A stretch of DNA of 61,663 bases, filler included, from Porpidia crustulata (lineage: Eukaryota), in NCBI GenBank assembly GCA_964255105.1. It is 10 parts of 10 records of this genome, joined end to end, with 100 filler letters (N's around TTAATTAATTAA, not from the genome) between each part and the next. Parts side by side here need not be neighbours in the genome. Positions count along the whole stretch, not along the records: positions 49,457 to 55,510 come from CAXUWE010001642.1; positions 55,611 to 61,663 come from CAXUWE010001643.1; 8 more parts are not named here. The stretch is one strand, 5' to 3'. The notes below the pieces were generated by a model. The model was not told the DNA's origin. It worked only from the letters and a program-made list of their open reading frames with translations, and did no database searches. Below are positions 51,430 through 61,663 of this stretch, one piece after another; within the stretch, counting starts at the first letter, position 1; each line of letters begins with the position of its first letter. The translations under genes were made by a program, and so were the position numbers.

Positions 51430-52571
51430 TTACATCGGGTAGTCATCAAACTTAACGTCCAGTCTAGTTTTCTGTCCTGGATTTGGAGGCCCAGAGATTG
51501 GAACAATCCCGTGGTCATCCAGATCTCTAAAAGGATACGTCCTATCGCCGCAACTTGCAGCACATCCTAGAATACGATTGTTGGGGACCGTAAAGCTGAA
51601 GTCAAAGAAAGGTTTCGGGTTGGCTCTCGTTCCAACCGTCCAGTCCCCGTTTTTGCGCCGCGTTGCCTTTTTGTCTGCGTTGAAGGTATTCAGCCACTTT
51701 CCTCCATTTTTGGTGGAGAAACACAAAGTTGCACTCACCATCTGGCCCATAATTGCATGATCTACGCAAATAACCGTTTATTCGAATGCGTTGTTCCGCG
51801 CTCCATACAGCGTGGCACTTTTGTTCGTTCCAACTACATGTCCTGGTAATCATTAGCGGGGTCGAATCCTGTAGAGTAGTCAATGCGACGGGCCCCAATT
51901 TACGTACTCTAGATTGGATGACGTGGTACAAATTCGCACGCTCTTTGAACCACCGAAGCTGTGGTCAAAACTGAGCTCGGGCGCGACTGAGGCAAGTATC
52001 CAAGTCTTGAGATCGAACTCTACTTTGAGTGCTGCACCAATTTGGTTGTCCCACGTCGTTTCATCTGACGTACAAGACTGATTCATTTGGATTGTAGTCT
52101 CCAAGCATTGGTTTGTTGTCGCGCAGTCTATGGTTTGTCCTGTTGCACAAACATAATGTTAGGCCATCCTTTTAGAAGGTATGTGAATCTTTGTACCAGT
52201 GTTTTCCCATTCAGAATATTCAATCTGAGAGGACACCACGGACACGTCCGTCCTATTTCAATCATGACGGTTAGACTTTAGCTGTAGATTCTGCACTCGG
52301 AACGGACGTACCAGCAGTAAAATTTCTTCAAACGAGCCCTTTTGTCTTCACAGCCATAGCCAACGAATCGCCCTTCACCATCTGTGTACTGACTAGGGAC
52401 ATCAATTGTACTGGCATCATTTGCGCAATCTGGAAAATAATCTTTCAACGCGCTGGCTAAGCTTCTCTTTGGGTCATCGAAGGTTGACGTTACATCACCA
52501 ATAGAAGTGGGCGAAGAGCGAGACAAAGCTGCGGCGAAGAAAGGCAGCAGGACGAGAGGTTTTGCGAGCAT
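51430..52571 (-). CDS. Secreted Cys-rich protein (298 aa, 5 exons), candidate aerolysin-like beta-pore-forming fold
   Basis: Signal peptide MLAKPLVLLPFFAAALS. Introns 52253-52311, 52140-52196, 51843-51907 and 51675-51738 give a continuous 897-nt frame. Confidence 0.85.
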
Positions 52572-54389
52572 GGTGTGATGTTTTCTGTAAGAGACTTCGA
52601 AAGGTAAATGAGAAATTCAAGGACGTCTTTGCGTGTCTGCGGTTTCGATTTCTCTGGTGGAAACTGGCCAACCCAAAGAGAAGGGTTATATGGTCTTTTA
52701 AACTCAGCGGTCATAGCCTGGGCCTCAGCTCGAATAAAATGACACGTTGTCAGGTAAAGTGTGTTAAGCCAAAGAAAGTCACTATAGCAGGCATGCCGCC
52801 GCTGAGGGCCGATTTGCCGTTATGTTGTTCTTAACACCATATTGCGGCACTCTGGTAAGAGATGCGTGCCTTTCCCCCTTCCATCCCTGATCATCTTGTT
52901 TTTATTACGAGCAAAGGATCTATAAGGAGAGCTCTGCATGAACAGTGCCAGAATCTTGCGTCGATGCAGAGTAATCCCGGCCGAAGGTTGTAAGCATCTT
53001 GAAAGAACAGGCTTCAAGTTCAGCCCAAATCGTCCATCAAGCAGCCCTGGCTGATTACTTTGAATAGTGTCCTGGGTGCCAACTCTACGGTACATGACCG
53101 AAACATAGCCTTAAGGACCGCGGAATGGTGACACAACACAAGCTATGTTGATTCTGTCTTTTTTGAATTATAAGTGTTAGCTTTATTATCCAGATATTCT
53201 TTTCGAGATCTCCTTCACAATCCGAGAGCTGCTCCTTTCGTTTGTTGGAAGCCGTCATAAGCTTCTTTTAGCTCATCATACACGCCAGTCGATCTTAAGA
53301 AAACGAAGACGACCGCTTCGCCAACGGCCCGGACCGTCCTCGAGGTTCTCCACATTCGTGTGTTTTACTAGCAGATGAAACTTAGTCGACCAAGCTAGAA
53401 GTATAGCCATACAGCCAGATGTCCATCACTGTCCCGTGACGTGCTCTAACTCACTCCGGTCCATGCCGCAGTGGAGCTTTTGTTTCATAGGAACTTCCTG
53501 GGGCGCAGACCAGGGGACGAGTGACCGATCATCCATATTCCGCCGCGGTGTATTGGATACGCCAATTTACCCCGTCTCAGAAGCCTCCCATTGTGACAGG
53601 TATGCGATGCCGTGATCGACAAGCGCACCACTGATTAGAAATTCTTCTTCCTTGCCGCATGCACATCCTTAGCGAGAGTACGGTCGATTCCTCGGCATGG
53701 ATGCGCGCGCATGGCACAGCATGGGGGCCGCATCTGCGATGCATGCAAGTAGCTGTGTAACCGCGGTGCATGCGTGATGGAGTTGTATACGAAAATGTTT
53801 CATCATGGTATGACAATGTTGAACAAGGCCGATGTGCGAGGCTCTTGCAAGATGCTTAAATATAAATAGAGCAGGTCAGATCTTTTCGCGACTCAAGTAT
53901 ATGCTAGAGACTGTATGAAGGTACGATGAACAGGCATTTCATGATCTCGTGACTACGACAGGCTTGCAGGTGAGAGGGGTACAACGAACCAACTTTCAGG
54001 ATGAAGTTTCATCAGTGACTGAATTTGTCTCTGACCAGAGAGCATACTTAGAACTTCGTCACTCTCGGCTTCGAGAAACGATTGAGCTGTAATCTCTGTG
54101 GTCAAACGCTGGCGGCAGATTCACTCGCCGTTTCAAGGCACAACTGAAGATAAAAGCGGCTGATGCGATGGATCGGCAGACCAGAGAGCAGAAGGGGAAT
54201 GAAATGCGAGTGATGCCGTGCCACGTGGTCCTCACGGGATTATTAAGCTGATATAGCGCTAAAGGAAATCCTCAGCTTGTGATATGTGACATCAAATTCT
54301 ACATATTTGAATGTCCTGAAATTATACCTTCCCTGTTGCAAAGAGGATGATTTTCCATGTCAATGGAAGCGATCGAGTTGTTCTATGAA

Positions 54390-55210
54390 CCTTAACGCCT
54401 TTCCCTTAGGTATCGGGCCTTGCGTACTTGCAATTTCAACACGAGCTGCTCAGTATAGGTCAATCGTACTCTGGGACTCGAGTGCCTTGTTTGCGGATGG
54501 AATTTTCCTGTCCTTGCGCAGTGCTCGATAGTTGTGCACTGCGGCGGCAGAGAAGGACAGATAATTCTGCTCTGGTACTTGCATCTTCCTGAAAGATTAA
54601 ACCTTAAGATCCCTTGGTAGTCACACTCTGGATTGAGATCCGTATCTTCTCCCTTTCTCATGGTGTATCAGATCATTGCTATTAGACTTTCATCCTTTTC
54701 TATCCTATCTGAGATCATTCAGATCAAAGATCTTTCTTCTGTCTTTATCAAAAATACCCATTTTCTGTCTTTTTTGTGTGCATTTGTCAAAGGTACATCG
54801 GCGATAACCCGAGAGGTATCACTCTGATCAGCCCTTTTCTTGGCGTATCTATTACTCATCAGTGGCCATAGTATTTTTGTTTTCTTCTCTCAACCTTGAT
54901 TGCCCGCAATATCTGCGCAGAACTAAATCTCCATTCCAGATCCTCCTGGGGAATTAGCGCAAACAGCTTCCACGGAAGTCAATTCTGATTCTTCAATGAT
55001 ATTGATTCTGTGGCCGGATCCCCTAATATTACTAAGGCTGCTCCAGTGTCCTTGTCTTCCAGGACCGACTCCTACGACGTAAGTATGAAGCTCCTTCCGT
55101 CGTCACATACGTCGCTAAAGAACGTTCTCTTCTTTGCATACCATGTTTGAGGTTACTTCTATTGCAATACAGCCCCGAGAGACACTTGCTAAGCTTCGAT
55201 ATGTACTCAT
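54390..55210 (-). pseudogene. Possible heavily degraded fungal NLR-type N-terminal (HeLo-like/SesA) gene remnant
   Basis: Fragments EALASVS/GAVLQ and KKTKILWPL recall these N-terminal domains; many stops and frameshifts. Confidence 0.25.
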
Positions 55211-55510
55211 GGCACTATTTCGCTCCCTTGTTCCTGGTATTAACATTTCACCACCATACTAGGCTAGCCCTACACTACTTGGCTAGCCCGATCGCTTATT
55301 TAGCGCTAGAGTAGTGGACCTGCAGAGTTTTCACCTCTCCAGGCCCCCTTTTTGTACATATCAGCCAATATCAACATGAACCACATGTATGATCATCGTC
55401 ATTGCATCTGTTGGCGGATTCAGGTATGGAATAGATGGCATTGATATTGATGTTGTTATTAGGAAGTTATCTAGGGGGTGGAACAGGAAATATAGGAAAT
55501 TCTCCACTAG

Positions 55511-55610
55511 NNNNNNNNNNNNNNNNNNNNNNNNNNNNNNNNNNNNNNNNNNNNTTAATTAATTAANNNNNNNNNNNNNNNNNNNNNNNNNNNNNNNNNN
55601 NNNNNNNNNN
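55511..55610. other. Artificial contig spacer
   Basis: Same 100-nt spacer. Confidence 0.99.
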
Positions 55611-56801
55611 TGGGGACCGCGACTCGGGGTGGTGATCACGTGATTTGAGGGAGGGGAAGCCGAATGAGGTTATCTAAGCGAGGCATCGTCCACGTCCGAG
55701 CGCCCCTTCGTGACAAATTTCATCATCGTTGTCATGTTTCTTAGTCGTTTGAATAAGTCATCTAGACGACCCCAAGGTATTGATGTTAGTATTAGCCTGA
55801 GGGCAAGAGTATCCCACGGAAAGATTTAGAAAGCAATGATAGGGCTTCCCGGAACCACGCGTGAGTGATCTTTCACGAATGAGGAAGGACTGAAGCTCTG
55901 ATAATATGAGTTTGATGATTTATGATGAGACTTCGAAATTCAGCTGGTAAGAGGTTGTAAACGATGATTTCGCGACTAGCCATCCGCAAGACACGTTCCC
56001 CGAGGGCTATCAGAAAGCGACGAAAACAGCACGCGACACGTGATCTGAGGCTCTTTTCCCCATGAAATGCCACGCGGGTGACAGCGACGATCAGCATTTA
56101 AGCTTTGGTACCTGCGGCATTAGATCGCTGGCGGCATTGACAAGAGGATGGTTGTTTCGTGTGCTGAAAGTAGGCGTGATGTCTGCTTCGATGGGGCAAA
56201 TTGAGTGCTCGAATGTTGTAGGAATGACTGCACTGTCCGGCATTTCGTTGGGTAACTTGAAATCACAGGCATCAGGCGGTGGATGATGTGGATGGAGTGA
56301 TGCTTGAGAAGAGTGCTGGAAATCGCTTGAAGGGTCAGATCTTGAATTTGGCGGGTTGGCGGGCATTTAGCGTGGCTTCTGCCTAGCAAAGCTTAGCGTA
56401 TTTCACTAGCGTGGTAGTAGGGAAACGCCGACAAAAACATGGTCGGAGAAGTTGCGATTCTGTTTCTTTCCAGACTTTGATGAAGTATCAAGTTCAGTGT
56501 TGGAGTCGTGTATCATCAGAGAGAAGCTTGTCAATTGATAGGCAGATGTGGAGAATTCCATCCAAGATTCATCGATGAGCTTCACGCGATTGCGAGCTCG
56601 CTACCTTTGGGAATCACGGAATCTCAGGGCGCTTGACGAAAATCGCATTTGCAACATAGTTGCAACTAAGCTCAGCTCTTATTGATTCTTCTGGCAGTTG
56701 AAGTTGGTGTTGGTTTGAGCTACGCTCAAGATTTTTGTTAGGAGACTTAATTAACAATGATCCAGAGACTCGTGTGACTCCTACTTTTCAACATCTCAGT
56801 C

Positions 56802-59800
56802 ATGCCAAATAGATATAAGAGAAAGATTGAAGATTTTGATCCCAACAAGTCCGACTCCGCAGACTCGACGTATGGAGCATCGACAACACGAGCTGGGAGG
56901 TCGAAGCCGTCCCAAAGTCATCGCGGTAAACCTTCGCGCAAGCGACAACGAAGACTTCATAGCGACGGAGGATCTGAAGAGATCAGTGATGATAGTGGTG
57001 AGAGCGAAGCATCGTTCGAGGATGATGTAAAAGATGAAGAACCCGAAGTAGATCCTCGGACTGGCCGACCGGTGCGCAAGGCCGCAAAGCAGCGGCCACT
57101 GTACGAGGAAGACAGTGATGAGTCTATAGAGGAGGCTCCGGAATCCGAGGTTGAAGAAAAAATCTCACCTAAGAAACAAGGGAACAAGAGACTGCTGGTG
57201 AAACTTAAAGTCCCAACACCTCAGCCAACTCCCGCACCACATCGCAGGAATACGAGAGCGCGGAGTGGTAGCATTGGTGCTCGACGTATATCGTCGGAAA
57301 ATCAATTATCGAGGACAAGGAGGAGTAGCCGCATTGCTCATGACGAAAGCGAGACTATAGTCGCTCTGACAAACTCAGGCCACCACGCTGATATAGTACG
57401 TCCTGGCACGCGTAGCCCAGAGCTGGAAATCCAAAGAGCTAGGAAGGGCGGCAAAGGAGTCAAAAAGCTGCCGACTGCAAGCGTTGTATATGAGGCTGAA
57501 GATGAAAGCTCGCTGCCGAAAGAATCTACAGGCAAGGATGAGACGCAGACGACCGAAATTGCTGCTAGTCGAGAAGATTTGACCGACGAGCTCCAGGCGT
57601 CCAATCCGTTGCCGGAGAACCAGATAACATTGCGTGGTATCATAGAGGCCTCTCAAGATGCTCCCATGGATGAAGTTGCTATAATCCCTGAATCAGCCGA
57701 AGACGAACCGCTGGATGAGGATGATGATCCGATTGCCAAACCTCGACGTACAACCAGGCAAAGTGAAAGAAAACAAGAAGACGCTAATACTCAGGAAACG
57801 CCCAATCGCGGTGGTACCAGACCAACACGTCGTGCACTTCGCTCAGCTCGCGAAACCCGCAAACTTGGAAGTTCTCAGAAGAACGGCCCCCAAGAGAGTA
57901 GTGACTTCGAGCCCATTGGTGAAGAAGAGGATGAAGGGGATATTTCTGATTCGGGAATATCCGAAGACTCACCTCGAAAGAACAGCCAGCAGATTGACGA
58001 GGATAGCAGCACCCGAGGTCGCAGAGGTACACGAGCTGTAAAAGGCAGATCGAGAAGTCAGAGAAATCTACCTTCTGAAGACAGTGAGAATGCCGACGAA
58101 TTGGCCGAGGAGTTGGAAGATCTCCGAGGCAGTCGTCCTCGAAGAGCACCAAGAGAAACTATACTTTTCGACGACAAACCCAAAACGCGGAAACGAAAGC
58201 CTGTAGACTATCGCATCCTACGACCTGACCTTACTCTGCCTTTGGAGGATGACGCACCTCCGACAGCGACTACCCCTTCGCGCAGGGGTCGAGGCGGCGC
58301 AGGTGGGACATGGCAGCGAAGTCTATTTTCCACATACGGACCGTTTGGAGGTGCAGGCGGTCCAACACCGGTTTTTGGTGGTCCCGGAGGTATTGGCGCT
58401 GCTGGTGGCGCGGACTCTGATAGCAGCGACGACGACATCGTGCAACGTCCCCGGCCTGTGGGTGTTGGTGGTACCCTTGGCATGACTCCGACAGCTGCTG
58501 CTCCGGCCGGTTTCGGTCTATTCCCTTCCGCTCAAGCTCATGGGTCTGATCCTCCTCAAGGGCCTTCTGGAACTCCGGCGAATCTTGGCAAGATCAAAGA
58601 TAAGCATGCCTTGGCAGACGCGGACCCACTGGGAATTGATCAAAACGTGAATTTCGACAGCGTAGGCGGACTTCAAGGCCATATAGATCAACTGAAGGAA
58701 ATGGTAGCCCTTCCATTGCTGTATCCTGAGGTCTTCCAGCGATTCCATGTAACCCCTCCTCGAGGGGTGTTATTCCATGGTCCTCCTGGGACTGGTAAGA
58801 CTTTGCTAGCTCGCGCGCTTGCTTCCAGCGTGAGCACTCGAGGACGGAAAGTCACATTTTATATGCGAAAGGGTGCAGACGCATTGAGCAAGTGGGTGGG
58901 TGAAGCGGAACGCCAGCTCAGGCTACTTTTCGACGAAGCACGGAAGACGCAGCCAAGCATAATATTTTTTGATGAGATAGACGGCAAGTAGTTCCGACTT
59001 ATGTGAGGTTTGTTCTTACTAATAATGCTCAGGTCTTGCACCCGTACGATCGAGTAAGCAGGAGCAGATACATGCCTCGATTGTCTCCACTTTACTGGCT
59101 TTGATGGACGGCATGGATGGTCGTGGCCAAGTGATTGTGATAGGGGCGACCAATCGACCTGACTCGATAGACCCTGCTCTGCGTCGTCCTGGACGTTTTG
59201 ACAGAGAGTTCTACTTCCCACTCCCCAATACGGAAGCCAGACGAACAATTCTCGACATCCACACCAAAGGCTGGGAGCCTCCTCTAGCTGGTAGCTTCAA
59301 AGATGAAATTGCGCATTTGACCAAGGGCTATGGTGGTGCTGATCTTAGGGCATTGTGCACCGAAGCAGCCTTGAATGCCGTCCAGAGGAGATATCCACAG
59401 ATATACAAATCCAATGAAAAGCTGCAGATCAACCCCGAGACAATCAACATAACGGCCAAGGACTTTATGATATCTGTCAAGAACATGGTTCCTTCTTCCG
59501 AGAGGTCAGCGTCCTCTGGCGCTGCGCCTCTACCGAGCCACATCGAGCCTTTACTAAGGCTACCACTTGCCGAAATCAAGAATGTCGTTGCTCAAGCATT
59601 GCCACAGCAAAAGCGTTTGACTGCGTTGGAGGAGGCCGAATTCGAAGATGCCGAGGATGACAGGGGCATGAAGACGGAACGCATGCAACAAGGTACGATG
59701 ATCGTCTACACTCTGATAACTAAAGCTCACGATTGTATAGAATTCGAGCGCTCACGCATTTTTCGACCGCGTCTTCTGATCAGAGGTATCCCGGGCATGG

Positions 59801-61663
59801 GCCAGCAATATCTTGCCGCAGCATTACTAAATCACTTCGAAGGCCTGCACGTACAAGCATTTGATCTTCCTACTTTATTAAGCGACTCGAATCGGTCGGC
59901 GGAAGCTGCTGTGATTCAATTGTTCACAGAAGTCCGGCGCCATAAGCCGAGTGTGATCTACATTCCCAACGTCGATATTTGGTATCGGACCATAGGAGAA
60001 GCGGTTATCTCTACTTTCATCGGTCTGCTTCGAACCTTGGCTCCAACGGATCCGATTCTATTGCTTGGCATACTCGAATCCGAAGATCAATTTGTCGATC
60101 CTCTGATGATTAAGGATTTGTTTGGCTTTTCCAGGAAGAATCAATTTGAGATTGGGCGGCCACAGCGGCCAATGCGTCAAGAGTATTTTAGTGGTGTGAT
60201 GGAGTATCTCAATGCGTCTCCAGCCGACTTTCCCGAGCCAGCAAACCGCAAAAGAAGAAAACTCGAAATATTGCCTCCTGTACCACCAGAGCCGAAGAAC
60301 GACCTGCAAGTACTCTCAAAGGCCGATATGAAAGCGCAGAGGAAAAAGGACAGGCAATCACTCAACCTTTTGAAGCTCCGTATACAGCCCGTCATGGACC
60401 AGATAAAGTTGAAACATAAGAAATTCCGTACGGGTGTAATTGAAGAAAACCAGATTAGATATTTGTATGATGAGGAGGATCCTTCAATGGTCAACACTGA
60501 TTTGCCTTTGGAAGAACGGCGTAATGATCATTTCCGGCCTTATGAGAAAGGTACAGACGGCCACGGCGAGCCAGGGCTAGTTGAAGTAGCTACTGGCAAG
60601 TTCTATTACAACTTGGAAATCGTGACCATTGAGAAACGACTCTCGAATGGCTACTACAAGAGAACGAAGGATTTCCTGGCGGACATAAAAAAACTGACCA
60701 AAGACGCTAGAACAATTGGCGATCAAGACCGTCTTATAAAGGCAAACGAGGTACAAACCAACGTCGAAGTTGACATGGGCATAATTGAGATGGATCTACC
60801 TGGTCTGATGGTCGAGCTCGAGGGTGTCTTTGCTCGAGAGACGGCGCGGGAAAAGGAAATGATTGACAAAGCCAAGCAGCTGGCCAAGACTGAAGGTCGG
60901 CGACTGGAGCTCATTCCTACCAATGTTCCACCCGACAATGACGAATTGACGACTGAGCATTCAACCGGCCCCATAGTACTTGGACAACCTATGGCTAATG
61001 GAGTCGCACATCATCCAGTCACGCCATCCAACCCGTCTAATCCGTCCCAACCCAGTACGCTCACCAATGGAATCTCCGTCGGTCTTTCGGACCTAAGTGA
61101 CCTCCAAGGCCAAGCTCCCCAAAGTAATGGTACCTCAGTCCCTTCCCGTGGTGATGGCGACACACACATGACAGGCACTAGCCAAGATCCCTCATCACTG
61201 GAGCGCGAAACCCAAGGCAGTTCTATCGGACCCTCTGCTCAAACCCGACCTCTTCACTCCTACACCGGCGGACCCGCATCTTTGCAACAGCGACTATCTG
61301 TACCCGGAAGTCTCTCTCAACGAAGCGCCATGACCCCCATGGCCGAAGGCTCCAACCCCCACGACTACGCCAACTACGCTTCTACAACCTCATCCGACAA
61401 ACGCGTCTCCGGCTCCTCGGGCCCTTTCAACACGCAAAGCTCCCTCGGCAACAAACCGCCAGACGGTCCCGACCTCTCCCTCCTGCCCGAACTCGTCGGC
61501 GCGACCAGTTCCCAGCTCCCAGACACCCAAGGTATACGCCCACGTCCGTTGGGCCCAGAACCCTCATCCCTGACCCCACTCACAGGCTCGCAACGCTCGG
61601 ACCCGGCCAGCATCAGCTCCCAAGGCATCCCCAACAGCCAATCCCAACCGCTAACCGCCACCC
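56802..61663 (+). CDS. YTA7: AAA+ ATPase with bromodomain (Yta7/ATAD2 histone chaperone), 3' truncated
   Basis: Acidic N-terminus, LADADPL, VGGLQGHIDQLKEMV, GVLFHGPPGTGKT, FYMRKGAD.LSKWVGEAERQ, FFDEIDGLAPVRSSKQEQIH, RRPGRFDREF, second AAA-like domain, IEKRLSNGYY. Introns 58984-59032 (GC-AG) and 59693-59740. Confidence 0.96.

Noticed and set aside
55611..56366. Possible gene divergent from YTA7 (MPANPPNSRS...)
   Set aside because: Plausible start and donor site, but no consistent downstream exon could be built before the contig end

Overview
This is not one continuous locus. It is ten unlinked ~6.05-6.10 kb contigs, sorted by decreasing length and joined by artificial 100-nt spacers (N44-TTAATTAATTAA-N44), so gene neighbourhoods are only meaningful within a contig. 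The DNA is from a filamentous ascomycete (Pezizomycotina): short GT-AG introns with CTAAC/CTGAC branch points and fungal gene families. A lichen-forming fungus is only a guess. Recognisable conserved genes are a DED1/Vasa-like DEAD-box helicase, a transketolase/DAS-family enzyme, RCM1, SAP18, YIH1/IMPACT, SMP3/PIG-Z, YTA7, a cytochrome P450, a PTH11-like membrane protein and a GPI-type Ser/Thr-rich wall protein. Several pseudogenes are also present (O-methyltransferase, CYP7/8-like P450, HET and hydrolase remnants). The most unusual items are: (1) a ~1200-aa protein fusing a permuted papain-like PPPDE/LRAT catalytic domain (His...NC) to eight WW domains, head-to-head with a small multi-TM gene; (2) a 44-bp tRNA-like element with the T-arm/B-box placed before the A-box, found in two unlinked contigs; (3) a transketolase whose acceptor-binding residues look remodelled; (4) an intact five-exon secreted protein with an aerolysin-like amphipathic hairpin; (5) a small orphan with HET-s-like amyloid pseudo-repeats; (6) a DEAD-box helicase with a WG 'Ago-hook'-like tail. 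All family calls come from motif recognition by eye; no database searches were run.
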